Positions 8,985-19,599 are shown, counted from the stretch's first letter. The stretch is DNA of 64,000 nt from an uncultured virus (IMG/VR IMGVR_UViG_2706794523_000001) (IMGVR_UViG_2706794523_000001:1-64000); one strand, 5' to 3'. Notes: generated from the letters alone by a model not told the origin. A program made the numbers and translations.

Positions 8985-9020
8985 GACCCCGGCAACGGTT
9001 TGTTGACCGGGGTTTTCTTT
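8985..9020 (+). terminator. rho-independent terminator
   Basis: ACCCCGGCAAC...GTTGACCGGGGT followed by TTTCTTT. Confidence 0.7.
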
Positions 9021-9061
9021 GCCTGGTTCCCACAGTCCCCAGCATAAGCAAGACTCAAACC

Positions 9062-10384
9062 ATGAGCCTAATGATTTCGCCGAGCACGGCATACAACCTC
9101 AACGACGATCAGAAGAAGGCCGGTGACGGCTTCTTTGAATTCCTCTTCAGCGATGCGAAGGAGTTCATCATCTCGGGTCCGGCCGGCGTCGGCAAGACGT
9201 ACCTGATGAACTACATCATCGACAACACGATGCCCCGCTATTTCGAAATGTGCAAGCTCATGGGCGTCAAGCCCGAGTACACCGAAGTGGTGATGACGGC
9301 GACAACCAACAAGGCGGCTGACGTGCTCTCCAAGGCCGTCAACAGGCCGACCCAGACAGCCTGCTCATTCTTCAACGTCGTCGTCCGCGATGACTTCACG
9401 ACGGGCATCTCCTCGCTGAAGCGCACCAACAAATGGAAGGTGCATCAGAAGATGATCATCTTCGTCGACGAGGCGTCGATGGTCGACACTGCCCAGTGGC
9501 AGATGTTCCATGAGGCAACCCTGGACTGCAAGCTGGTCTATGTCGGCGACAAATATCAGCTGCCGCCGGTCCAGGAGGATCTGTCGCCGATCTACAAGCA
9601 CAGCGCCCCGATCGTCGAGCTCCTGACGCCAGTCCGCAATGCCGGCCAGCCGGCTCTGATGGCGGTCTGCCAGCAGCTGCGCGAGACTGTCGCCACCGGC
9701 ATCTTCAAGCCGATCCGGCCAGTGCCTGGCGTCATCGATCACATGACCGGCCCGCAGATGCAGGCCGAGGTCGACCGGCTGTTCAAGCAGCAGACCCATG
9801 AGGCCCGTATCCTGGCGTTCACCAACAAGCGGGTGATCGAGTACAACGACCACATCCGCGCCATGCGCCACCTGCCCGTGACGTTCACGAAAGGCGAGCT
9901 CCTGGTCAACAACAGCCCGCTGCATTGCAAGAACTCGATGCTGGCGGCCGAGATGGAAGTCGAGGTTCTCAGGAACCATGGTTCGAGCCAGGTGGTCGTG
10001 GATCAGAAGCATGACGTCTACCTCGATGTCGACGTCATCGACCTGATGGACTCGCTCGGCGTCGTCTACAACAACGTGCCGTTCCCGACCAATCGCACCC
10101 ACTTCGAGGGGCTGCTCAAATACTACGGCCAGACGAAGAATTTCGAGAGGAAATATTTCCTCAAGAACAACTTCGCCGACCTGCGGCCCCGTGACGCTTC
10201 CACTGTCCACAAGTCTCAGGGTAGCACCTACGAGACAGTCTTCGTGGACATCGGTAATATCAGCACCTGCAATATTCCAAGCCTCGTGGCCCGGATGCTC
10301 TACGTCGCGTTTTCGCGAGCACGCACTCGGGTTATCCTGTTCGGAGACTTGGCTGGAAAATATGGAGGCCTCGACCTCTCGTAA
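9062..10384 (+). CDS. SF1B (Dda/RecD-like) DNA helicase (N4 gp37-like)
   Basis: GPAGVGKT, VDEASM, GDKYQLPPV, TVHKSQGST, LYVAFSRAR. Confidence 0.92.
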   Translation: MSLMISPSTAYNLNDDQKKAGDGFFEFLFSDAKEFIISGPAGVGKTYLMNYIIDNTMPRYFEMCKLMGVKPEYTEVVMTATTNKAADVLSKAVNRPTQTACSFFNVVVRDDFTTGISSLKRTNKWKVHQKMIIFVDEASMVDTAQWQMFHEATLDCKLVYVGDKYQLPPVQEDLSPIYKHSAPIVELLTPVRNAGQPALMAVCQQLRETVATGIFKPIRPVPGVIDHMTGPQMQAEVDRLFKQQTHEARILAFTNKRVIEYNDHIRAMRHLPVTFTKGELLVNNSPLHCKNSMLAAEMEVEVLRNHGSSQVVVDQKHDVYLDVDVIDLMDSLGVVYNNVPFPTNRTHFEGLLKYYGQTKNFERKYFLKNNFADLRPRDASTVHKSQGSTYETVFVDIGNISTCNIPSLVARMLYVAFSRARTRVILFGDLAGKYGGLDLS

Positions 10385-10397
10385 GAAAGGATCCCCC

Positions 10398-10901
10398 ATG
10401 GCCGGCGACAACCGACTCTTCAACACCGTCACCGCCCTCTTGAACATCCTGTTCGAGAAGGAGGAAGCCCAGATCACCAAGCGCACCAACAAGATGATCG
10501 CCAAGAACATCTCGCTCGGTGGTTCGGGTGACGGCTTCCGGCACATGGGGGAAGTCTACTCCGAGCTCTCCGGCGTCGGCCGGAGGCGCGGCAACTACTC
10601 GATGCTGAACCAGAGACTGGTCGGCGAGATGGACGCCATCCTTGCCGAGCGCAAGGCGTTCAGAAACGAGCGGGACCGCATCCGCCAGGCATTTACAATG
10701 GTGCTGCGGGACTGCCGGACGTTCCAGGACATGCGCGATGCGCTGCCCAATTGCGTCAAGGATCTGATCCCCGAATGCCGCCACCTGGAGAGAACCAGGC
10801 CCGAGGCGTTCACCTTGGCAGATAATCCGAGATCATATACACAGTATATGCAGCTGCGTGAAAAAATAGAATTTTACGTCGCCTCTCGGCTGCTTTATTA
10901 A
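10398..10901 (+). CDS. conserved N4-like protein between helicase and polymerase
   Basis: ATG 10398 after GAAAGG within ORF 10191..10901; syntenic position. Confidence 0.75.
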   Translation: MAGDNRLFNTVTALLNILFEKEEAQITKRTNKMIAKNISLGGSGDGFRHMGEVYSELSGVGRRRGNYSMLNQRLVGEMDAILAERKAFRNERDRIRQAFTMVLRDCRTFQDMRDALPNCVKDLIPECRHLERTRPEAFTLADNPRSYTQYMQLREKIEFYVASRLLY

Positions 10902-11056
10902 GATAATCCCCCAAGGATAATCGACCGGTTTCCAGGGTCAGGCTTACTGCCGCCTTATGTCGGGCATTTTGCCGCCCGATCGCCAGCAGCAGGACAGAGT
11001 CTGTCCGGACGGGCTGCCTGCCCCTGGTGGCCGGTCGATTCAGGAATAGAGAAACG

Positions 11057-13696
11057 ATGGACTATCTGACATTCGGCGAGGAACGAGCCTCCTATCGCAT
11101 CTGCATTCTCGTCAACGACATCCACCGGGACGAGATCTTCAAGCACTATATCAAGCCCTTTGGCCTCAGCGAGGCCGAGGTTCTCGTGATTCGCACTCAC
11201 CAGGCACCCGGCAAGAAGAAGACGCCGGCGGCCGAAATGAAAGCCTGGATCGCCGAGGAGCTGGCTCCGGTCCTGAACGATCTACATGTCGGCTACCTGC
11301 TGGTCGCTGACGGCGAATATTTCAAGACCCTGACCAAGAAGCCGAGCGTCGACAAGGCGCTGGGCTACGTGCTCGACACCGAGTTCGGCGACTGGAAGGT
11401 CACCTATGTGCCCAACTACCGCACGGTCTTCTTCGACCCGATCAAGATCCCGCCGAAGATCGCCCAGGGCATCAATGCGCTGAAGAGCTGGCGAGAGGGA
11501 ACCTACCGGGATCCAGGCGTCGACATCATCAAGTTCGCCGCCTACCCGAAAACCTACGAGGAGATCTCCAACTGGCTCGACAAGCTGCTGGAGATGGACG
11601 TCGACCTGGCGATCGACATCGAAGGCTTCTCGCTGAAGCACTACGATTGCGGCATCGGTACGATCTCATTCGCCTGGAACAAGTTCGAGGGCATCGCCTT
11701 CGCTGTCGACTATGAACCAATCGAAGGAGCAACCGAGGCGCCGTTCGGTCGCAACGTCCGCAATGACGCTGTCCGGGCGCTGCTGGCAGAATTCTTCCGC
11801 AAATACCTGCGCAAGGCGGTCTATCACTCGATCGCCTTCGACGTTTACGTCCTGATCTACCAGCTGTTTATGGATCACCTGCTCGACAACGAGGGGCTTT
11901 TGCGCGGGCTGGATATCATGCTGCGCAACTGGGACTGCACCAAACTCATCTCCTACCTGGCGACCAACAGCTGCGCCGGTAACCGGCTAAGCCTCAAGGA
12001 CCAGGCCCAGGAGTTCGCTGGGGACTACGCCCAGGAAGAGATCAAGGACATCTGCAAGATCCCGCTGCCGCAGCTGCTGCAGTACAACCTCGTCGACACT
12101 CTCGGCACCTGGTTCGTGTATGAAAAGAACCAGCCGAAGATGGTCGCCGACGATCAGCTCGACATCTACCAAACAATATTCAAGCCGGCCATCGTGGACA
12201 TCGTCCAGATGCAACTGACCGGCATGCCCCTCGACATGGAACGTGTCCGAGTAGTCAAGGGGCTCCTCCAGGCCGACAATGATTCGGCCGTCGCCAGGAT
12301 GCGGAGCAATCCGCTTCTGGGAGCACTGGAATATCATCTCAGGGAAGAGCACGTCCGCAAGCGGAACGAGAAGCTCAAGACCAAGCGCATCTCGATCAAC
12401 GATGATGAGTGCGCCGCGGTGGTGTTCAACCCGGACTCAGATCCGCAGCTCCAGTATTTCCTGTACGATCAACTCGGCTTGCCGGTCATATCAAGAACCA
12501 AGAACAAGCAGCCGTCGACAGACGGGGACACACTCGCATCCCTTAAGAACCACACCAAAGACCCCAAGGTCCTCGCCTTCCTGGAGGCGCTGATCGACTA
12601 CAATGCGGTCTCGAAGATCCTGACCAGCTTTATTCCAGCCATGGAACAGGCCCAGATGGGCAATGATGGCTGGTATTATCTGTTCGGGTACTTCAACCTC
12701 GGCGGCACGGTTTCGGGCCGGCTCTCATCGAGCAAGCCCAACCTCCAGAACCTGCCCGCCAACTCGAAATACGCCAAGCTGATCAAGAGCTGCTTCAAGG
12801 CGCCTCCTGGCTGGCATTGGTGCGGCATCGACTTCTCGTCCCTTGAGGACCGGATCTCGGCGCTAACAACCAAGGACCCGAACAAGCTCAAGGTCTACAC
12901 CGACGGCTATGACGGTCACGCCATGCGGGCAGTCGCCTACTGGGGCGACGAGATGCCGGAGATCGACCCAGAGGACGTTCAAAGCGTCAACTCGATCGCC
13001 GACAAGGGCCATGCCAACTACAAAAAATATGGCCATTTCCGTCAGGACAGCAAGGTTCCAACCTTCGCTCTCACCTATGACGGGACCTGGATGGCGATCA
13101 TGGCCCAGGCCGGCATGCCGGAAGCCAAGGCCAAGAAGGTCGAGGCGCAATACCATGAGCTCTACAAGGCCTCCGACGAGTGGAAAGCCAAGAAGCTCGA
13201 CCAGGCCACTGTCGACGGCTACGTCGTTGTGGCGTTCGGCCTCAAGCTCAGGACCCCTCTCCTGCATCAGGTCGTTCGTGGGACCTCCAAGACGCCTTTC
13301 CAGGCGGAAGCGGAGGGACGCACGGCCGGCAATGCCATGGGACAGTCCTGGTGCCTGCTCAACACCCGTGCCGGCACCGAGTTCATGGGCAAGGTCCGCA
13401 AGAGCGAGTTCCGTCACAGGATCAAGCCCTGCGCCCAGATCCATGACGCCCAGTATTTCCTGGTCAAGGATGACATCGACGCCATCCACTACGCCAACAC
13501 CCATGTGGTCGAGGCGTGCAAATGGCAGAACCATCCCGACATCTGGCATGACGAAGTCAAGCTCGGTGGCGAGTTCGGCATCTTCTACCCGGACTGGACC
13601 CAGGAGGCGGTTATCCCCAACGATGCCAGCCCCGACGAGATCCTGGAGGCATTCCAGAAACACTTCTGGAAGGTCAACGAAAAGCTTGCCGCATAA
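11057..13696 (+). CDS. family A DNA polymerase with 3'-5' exonuclease (N4 gp39-like)
   Basis: Exonuclease DIEG; GTVSGRLSSSKPNLQN; motif A DFSSLEDR, motif B RQDSKVPTFALTY, motif C QIHDA. Confidence 0.95.
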   Translation: MDYLTFGEERASYRICILVNDIHRDEIFKHYIKPFGLSEAEVLVIRTHQAPGKKKTPAAEMKAWIAEELAPVLNDLHVGYLLVADGEYFKTLTKKPSVDKALGYVLDTEFGDWKVTYVPNYRTVFFDPIKIPPKIAQGINALKSWREGTYRDPGVDIIKFAAYPKTYEEISNWLDKLLEMDVDLAIDIEGFSLKHYDCGIGTISFAWNKFEGIAFAVDYEPIEGATEAPFGRNVRNDAVRALLAEFFRKYLRKAVYHSIAFDVYVLIYQLFMDHLLDNEGLLRGLDIMLRNWDCTKLISYLATNSCAGNRLSLKDQAQEFAGDYAQEEIKDICKIPLPQLLQYNLVDTLGTWFVYEKNQPKMVADDQLDIYQTIFKPAIVDIVQMQLTGMPLDMERVRVVKGLLQADNDSAVARMRSNPLLGALEYHLREEHVRKRNEKLKTKRISINDDECAAVVFNPDSDPQLQYFLYDQLGLPVISRTKNKQPSTDGDTLASLKNHTKDPKVLAFLEALIDYNAVSKILTSFIPAMEQAQMGNDGWYYLFGYFNLGGTVSGRLSSSKPNLQNLPANSKYAKLIKSCFKAPPGWHWCGIDFSSLEDRISALTTKDPNKLKVYTDGYDGHAMRAVAYWGDEMPEIDPEDVQSVNSIADKGHANYKKYGHFRQDSKVPTFALTYDGTWMAIMAQAGMPEAKAKKVEAQYHELYKASDEWKAKKLDQATVDGYVVVAFGLKLRTPLLHQVVRGTSKTPFQAEAEGRTAGNAMGQSWCLLNTRAGTEFMGKVRKSEFRHRIKPCAQIHDAQYFLVKDDIDAIHYANTHVVEACKWQNHPDIWHDEVKLGGEFGIFYPDWTQEAVIPNDASPDEILEAFQKHFWKVNEKLAA

Positions 13697-13702
13697 GGCT
13701 TT

Positions 13703-13730
13703 GGGGCCGGGAGGGAAACTTCCCGGCCTC
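13703..13730 (+). terminator. hairpin after the DNA polymerase gene
   Basis: GGGGCCGGGAG-ggaaa-CTTCCCGGCCTC. Confidence 0.55.
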
Positions 13731-13942
13731 ATTATCTTTGAATATCCCACAATAAACTGTGGCAGAAAATCGAGATAACCGTCTTTCATAAAAACCGTGA
13801 AGGTTTATGAGTCGTCGTCAACAGCGACTCTCTCGACGGATTTCGAGACACAACACCGAACCGCATGTGGATTTGGTCTGGCTTTTATTATCAAGCCGGT
13901 CTACGTTCATTATGTTCAAAATCTTTTGGAGATAATCCCAAC

Positions 13943-14260
13943 ATGACCTCGAAATCGCATTTCTGGTTGGTGTCCGCTCAGGTGGTCACCGGCAACAAGA
14001 AGGGCCACGAAAACCGCAACAGCATGAACGCGCTGCTCAACACCGAGAAGGGCGTCGTCACCCGCAACGACCTGGCCAGGGCGCAGCGTGCGGTCCTCGG
14101 CCGCTTCACCACGAGCTGCCCGCAGATCCCCGGCCACGAGATCACCGACGTGTTCATGATGGGCATCAGCCACCTCGGCGAGATGACCCAGGAGGAATTC
14201 CACGCGGGCTTCAACGACGTTGCCACGGCCACCGCAGAGCCGGCAAACCAGGCCGGCTGA
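13943..14260 (+). CDS. hypothetical protein
   Basis: ATG 13943 after GGAG (MTSKSHFWL...). Confidence 0.75.
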   Translation: MTSKSHFWLVSAQVVTGNKKGHENRNSMNALLNTEKGVVTRNDLARAQRAVLGRFTTSCPQIPGHEITDVFMMGISHLGEMTQEEFHAGFNDVATATAEPANQAG

Positions 14261-14261
14261 C

Positions 14262-14693
14262 ATGAACGTCCCGGCCAACCCCAAGCAGATCTACGGGGAT
14301 AAGAAGCCGCCTCTGGCTTACATTCCGCTGTCAGCCCAGCTGGCAGAGCTGGAGGCGTTCGTTGACGGGATGTTCAAGTACGGCCCGCTCAACTGGCGGG
14401 AAAACCCGGTCGAGGCCATGACCTATATCGAGGCGGCGATGCGGCACCTGCAGCTCTACAAGGTCGGCGAGGAGATCACCAGGGACACCCTGGTTCAAAA
14501 CCTCGGCGCCGTCAGGGCCTGCTGTGGCATCATCATCGATTCCGCCGCCCATGGCACGCTGATCGACAACCGCCCGAAGTCCCAGTTTGAAGCGGATCTG
14601 CTTCATCAGGGTGAGGACTGGATGGCTCGGCTCAAGCAGACCCAGCTCGAACGGGAACGCTTGAAAATGGAAGCCTTCATAAAAGGCCTCTGA
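14262..14693 (+). CDS. dATP/dGTP diphosphohydrolase-like protein (DUF5664-type)
   Basis: NPKQIYGDKKPPLAYIP...GMFKYGPLNWR...YIEAAMRHL...LIDNRP pattern. Confidence 0.75.
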   Translation: MNVPANPKQIYGDKKPPLAYIPLSAQLAELEAFVDGMFKYGPLNWRENPVEAMTYIEAAMRHLQLYKVGEEITRDTLVQNLGAVRACCGIIIDSAAHGTLIDNRPKSQFEADLLHQGEDWMARLKQTQLERERLKMEAFIKGL

Positions 14694-14793
14694 TTTTCAG
14701 ATAATCGTTGCAATAATGAGCCAAGGGGATATTCTTTAATCCCCTTGGTGAAATGCGCCCAAAATTCACCAGATAATCCCCTTCGAGGACAAG

Positions 14794-15780
14794 ATGCGAC
14801 TGACGAACATTCACGGCATTAGTTTGCCGTTGGCGGTCTGGCTGCTCAACGACGAATACGACTACATCAACGAGCCGAACTACATCTCGGCGACCAGCCT
14901 TCTCAAGAGCACCCGCCAGCTGGTTCTGTCCCGCAGGGTGATCCAGGAAGATCGGGAGATGGACCTGGCTGATCTGCTGGCTTCCCGTATGGGTGCCGCG
15001 ATCCATGACTCGCAGGAAAAGGCCTGGCGCCAGAACGGCCAGGCCGCGATGAAGCGCCTCGGCTACCCCGAGCAGATCTGGAGCAACATCGCCATCAACC
15101 CGACCCCGGACGAGGTCGATGCCAACCCCAACATCATCCCGGTCTGGATCGAGCAGCGCTCGTTCCGCGAGATCGACGTCGATGGCGTCATCTACAAGAT
15201 CGGCGGCAAGTTCGACCAGGTGATCTCCGGCCGGCTCTTCGATACCAAGACGACGTCGGTCTATTCCTACCTGCTGGGTCGCAAAGACAACGACTACGCC
15301 ATGCAGGGCGGCATCTATCGCTGGCTCAATCCCGAGCTGATCACCGACGCCCACATCTTCATCCAGTTCGTTTTCACCGACTGGCAGGCGGCGCGGTCCA
15401 GGGGCGACGATGGTTACCCAAAGACCAAGACCCTCGAATACCCCGTCGAAATGCCGTCGCTCGCCGACACCGAGGAATACATCCGCGGCAAGGTCAGGGA
15501 ACTGATCCGCTACGGCACCCGTCCCGATGAGGAGATCCCTCACTGCACCGACAAGGAGCTGTGGAAGGGAGAGACGGTCTACAAATACTATTCGGACCCC
15601 AGCAAAACCAGCGGCCGAGCCACTCGAAACTTCGATGGCGACAAGGCCGAGGCCCACCGCTTCATGGCGTCGAAAGGCGGCAAGGGCGTTGTCGTGGCCA
15701 TTCCCGGCGAGGTGAAGGCTTGTGGCTACTGCGCCGCCTTCAACGTCTGCAAACAGAAGGATCTCTACTTTGTCGCCTGA
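14794..15780 (+). CDS. PD-(D/E)XK exonuclease (N4 gp42-like)
   Basis: ISATSLLK, IEQR...GGKFD...LFDTKTT, C-terminal CGYCAAFNVC. Confidence 0.88.
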   Translation: MRLTNIHGISLPLAVWLLNDEYDYINEPNYISATSLLKSTRQLVLSRRVIQEDREMDLADLLASRMGAAIHDSQEKAWRQNGQAAMKRLGYPEQIWSNIAINPTPDEVDANPNIIPVWIEQRSFREIDVDGVIYKIGGKFDQVISGRLFDTKTTSVYSYLLGRKDNDYAMQGGIYRWLNPELITDAHIFIQFVFTDWQAARSRGDDGYPKTKTLEYPVEMPSLADTEEYIRGKVRELIRYGTRPDEEIPHCTDKELWKGETVYKYYSDPSKTSGRATRNFDGDKAEAHRFMASKGGKGVVVAIPGEVKACGYCAAFNVCKQKDLYFVA

Positions 15781-18008
15781 TCTCGATCTATCAACCGTCT
15801 CCCACCATCCGGCGCTGGAGGAAATTGTCGACATCCTTTGCTCGAAGACCCAGAACACCGATCGGGGCTTCTTCCGCACTGAGGTCGCATACTTCTTCGC
15901 CAAGATGGCAGCGACCATGCGAGCCACGATCCAGACCAAGGACCGCGGCGAAATGCCGGTGAACATCTATGCCCTGGCTCTGGCGACGTCCGGCTACGGC
16001 AAGGGTCACTCGGTCAACATCATGGAGGAGGAATTCCTCGCCGGGTTCAAGCAGCGCTTCATGCAGGACACCTTCCCGGTGATCGCCGAGCAAGGCCTGT
16101 GGGACATCGCCAATGGCAACGCTGCCCGCAACGGCACCGACCAGCAGGAGGAGTTCGACAAGGTCTCCAAGGAGTTCCGCAAATACGGCGCCTATCCGTT
16201 TACCTTCGACTCCGGCACGGCACCGGCGGTCAAGCAGCTGCGCCAGAAACTGCTCATGGCCTTGTGCGGCAGCGTCAACCTGCAGATCGACGAGATCGGA
16301 TCCAATCTGATCAAGGAGACTGAGCTGCTGACCCTGTTCCTGGAGCTTTACGACCAGGGCCTGGTCAAGCAGAAGCTGATCAAGAACACCACCGACCAGG
16401 AGCGGGCCGAAGAGCGGGAAGGCAAGACGCCGACCAACATGCTGCTGTTCGGCACACCGGCCAAGCTGTTCGATGGCTCGGCCACCGAGGATGAGTTCTA
16501 CTCATTTCTCGAGACCGGTTATGCGCGGCGCTGCATCTTTGGCTACGGCGTCCACAACAACCGCTCGAACCAGAACCAGACGGCTGAGGAGATCTTCGTC
16601 TCCCTCACCCAGCCGAAGAATGAGGTCCTGGTCGAAAAGTGGCAGCGCCATTTCTACACGCTGGCGGATCCTGCGATCCACGGCTGGAAGATGGAAGTCC
16701 CGGACTCTGTCTCGATCGCTCTGCTGGCCTATCGCCTGGAGTGCGAGAAGGCAGCCGACAGGATGTCCGACCACGAGGAGATCAAGAAGGCCGAGCTGAA
16801 CCACCGCTACTCCAAGGCCATCAAGCTNAGCCGACAGGATGTCCGACCACGAGGAGATCAAGAAGGCCGAGCTGAACCACCGCTACTCCAAGGCCATCAA
16901 GCTGGCCGGCGCCTATGCCTTCATCGACGGATCCACCGAGGTCCTGATGGAGCACCTGAACGCCGCCATCAAGCTGGTCGAGGAGTCGGGTGCGGCATTC
17001 CAGACGATCCTCAGCCGCGAGAAGACCTACGTGAAGCTGGCGAAGTACATCTCCAGCATCGGCACGGAAGTGACCCACGCCGATCTGCTGGAGGCCCTGC
17101 CCTTCTACAAGTCCAGCAAGCAGGCCCGTGACGAGATGATGACCCTGGCGACAGCCTGGGGCTACAAGAAGCACATCATCATCAAGAAGGAGTTTGCCGA
17201 CGGCATCGAGCTCTTCAAGGGCGAGACGCTGCAGGAGACCGATATCGAAAAGATCATCGTCTCCTACTCGAACCATTGGGCATACAGCTACCTGCCCGAG
17301 GAAGTCCCGTTCGACAAACTCTTCATGCTGACCCAGATGCCGGAATACCACTGGGCAAATCACCACTTCAAGGGCGGTCACCGCGCCGAGGAGAACGTGC
17401 TCGCCGGCTTCAACATGATCGCCATCGACGTGGACGGCGGAACGACCCTGCAGGCGGCTCACGAGCTGCTGAAGGATTACAAGTTCCTGACCTACACGAC
17501 GAAGCGTCACACCGAGGAAGAGAACCGGTTCCGGCTCATCATGCCGACCAACTACCGGCTCGACCTCGATAGCGACGAATACAAGGAGTTCATGAACAAC
17601 GTCATGTCCTGGCTGCCGTTCGCGACCGACGAGTCGGCCAACCAGCGATCCAAGAAGTGGGAAAGCTTCGCAGACGGCGCCTACCACTACAACCTGGAGG
17701 GCGAGATCCTCGACGTTCTGCCGTTCATTCCGAAGACCAGCCGGAACGAGGCCTACAAGCAGAGCAACAAGGACCTTGGCTCGCTCGACAACCTGGAGCG
17801 CTGGTTCGCTACCAGGATCGCCAGCGGCAACCGCAACAACCAGATGATCAAGTACGCACTTTGCTTGGTCGATGCCGGTTGGGATCTGCCGACGGTGCGG
17901 GACGGGGTCAAGTCGTTCAACAAGAAGCTGCGCGACAGCCTGACCGAAGCGGAGCTCGACAGCACCATCATGGTGACCGTCGCCAAGCGATACCAGCAGA
18001 CGGCCTGA
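15770..18008 (+). CDS. DNA primase (N4 gp43-like); apparent frameshift caused by a scaffold artefact at N16828
   Basis: TTG start after AGAAGG; SGYGKG, QIDEIG, AIDVDG, C-terminal GNRNNQM. Removing the 75-bp duplicate plus the N gives a 2163-nt in-frame ORF. Confidence 0.88.
16753..16903. repeat. 75-bp exact tandem duplication around a single N (likely assembly artefact)
   Basis: 16753-16827 equals 16829-16903. Confidence 0.9.
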
Positions 18009-18071
18009 GAAATCAGGCCCTCTTCTCGGGTTTGATTATCGCCAATAATAAGCAACTAAATCGAGGATAAT

Positions 18072-18803
18072 ATGGCTGAAACAAACGACCAGTTGGTTCT
18101 GGTGTCGGGCTTCTCCGGCACCGGTAAAAGCGCGGCCCTGCGCAATATCCGGAACCAGGAGCGCTGGCTCTACAACAACACCGAGGCCGGCAAGCGTCTG
18201 CCGTTCGCCAACAAGTTCCTGAACAAGCGCATCGCCGACCCCTACGAGGTGCTGGGCTTCTTCGACCAGGCGATCGAGCACACCGACAAGCTCGATGGCA
18301 TCATCGTCGACTCGATCACGTTCCTGATGGAAATGTACGAGTCGGTCTATGTGCTCGGCTCCAACGACACCCAGAAGGCCTGGGGCAACTTTGCCCAGTT
18401 CTTCAAGGAGCTGATGCAGGACCGTGTCGTCAAATGGGGCAAGCCGGCGATCTTCACCGCCCACCTGCTCGACAAGCTCGACACGGTGAAGCACGAAATG
18501 AAGACCGAGGTGCCGATCAAAGGCTCGCTCAAGAACAATGGCATCGAAGCCTACTTCTCGACCGTCGTGTCGACGAAGCGGATCTCGCTGCTGGAGCTGG
18601 AGAAATACGGCTCCGACCTGCTCACCATCACCGACGAAGATCGCGACCTGGGATTCAAGCACGTCTTCCAGACCCGCATCACCAAGGAAACCGTCGGCGA
18701 ACGCATCCGGTCGCCCATGGGGCTGTTCACGAAGGAACAGACCTACATGGACAACGACTGCCAGCTTCTCCTGGATCATCTGACCAAGTTCTACGCCGGC
18801 TGA
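18072..18803 (+). CDS. Sak4-like AAA ATPase (N4 gp44-like)
   Basis: GFSGTGKS, IIVDSIT, RIRSPMGLF. Confidence 0.88.
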   Translation: MAETNDQLVLVSGFSGTGKSAALRNIRNQERWLYNNTEAGKRLPFANKFLNKRIADPYEVLGFFDQAIEHTDKLDGIIVDSITFLMEMYESVYVLGSNDTQKAWGNFAQFFKELMQDRVVKWGKPAIFTAHLLDKLDTVKHEMKTEVPIKGSLKNNGIEAYFSTVVSTKRISLLELEKYGSDLLTITDEDRDLGFKHVFQTRITKETVGERIRSPMGLFTKEQTYMDNDCQLLLDHLTKFYAG

Positions 18804-18855
18804 TCCGGGCGAAAAAACCACCTACCACCCACAGCATCATCGAAAAGGAAATACG

Positions 18856-19599
18856 ATGTCTCTCTTTGGAAATCTCAGCGCCGACGGTATGGAAGAAGCC
18901 CAGGATCGCCTTGGCGGCTTCCGCATCCACGAGTCCGGCCCCTACACCGGCACCATCAAGGCGGCCTATGCCGGCACGGCGCCTGGCTCAAAGGCCCAGA
19001 ACGTCACCCTCATCTTCGCTCCGGACGACGGCGCCCCGGAATATCGCGAGACCATCTACGTCACCAACAAGGTCGGCGAGAACTTCTACACGAAGGAGGG
19101 CAAGAAATACCCGCTGCCTGGCTTCACCACGATCAACGACATCTGCGAGATGACGTCCGGCAAGGGTCTCGCTGCCCAGGCGACCGAAGACAAGGTCATG
19201 AACGTCTACGACCCCGAGTCGAAGAAGGAACAGCCGAAGTCGGTGCCGATGCTCGTCGAGCTGACGGGCAAGAAGGTCACGCTCGGCATCATCAAGGCGA
19301 CCAAGAACAAGCAGGTCAAGAACGCCGCCGGCGTCTACGAAGACACGGCCGAGTTCCGCGACGAGAACTTCATCGACAAGGTCTTCCACGTTCCGTCGAA
19401 CCTGACCATGGTCGAGGCCCGCAACAAGCAGCAGGAAGCCAAGTTCTACGGTTCCTGGGTCGAGCAGAACAAGGGCAAGACCCAGGATCGTCGCTCGATC
19501 AAGGACGGTCAGGGCGGCCAGGCTGGTCGTTCGGGACGTCCCGGCGCCCCGCCGAAGGCTGGCGACACCGCTGCCAAGACCAGCTCGCTGTTCAACTAA
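18856..19599 (+). CDS. single-stranded DNA-binding protein (N4SSB/gp45-like)
   Basis: YRETIYVTN, LPGFTTINDI, C-terminal SSLF tail; synteny. Confidence 0.85.
   Translation: MSLFGNLSADGMEEAQDRLGGFRIHESGPYTGTIKAAYAGTAPGSKAQNVTLIFAPDDGAPEYRETIYVTNKVGENFYTKEGKKYPLPGFTTINDICEMTSGKGLAAQATEDKVMNVYDPESKKEQPKSVPMLVELTGKKVTLGIIKATKNKQVKNAAGVYEDTAEFRDENFIDKVFHVPSNLTMVEARNKQQEAKFYGSWVEQNKGKTQDRRSIKDGQGGQAGRSGRPGAPPKAGDTAAKTSSLFN

Noticed and set aside
16828..16828. Programmed frameshift or split primase
   Set aside because: Explained by an exact duplication around an N; removal restores the frame
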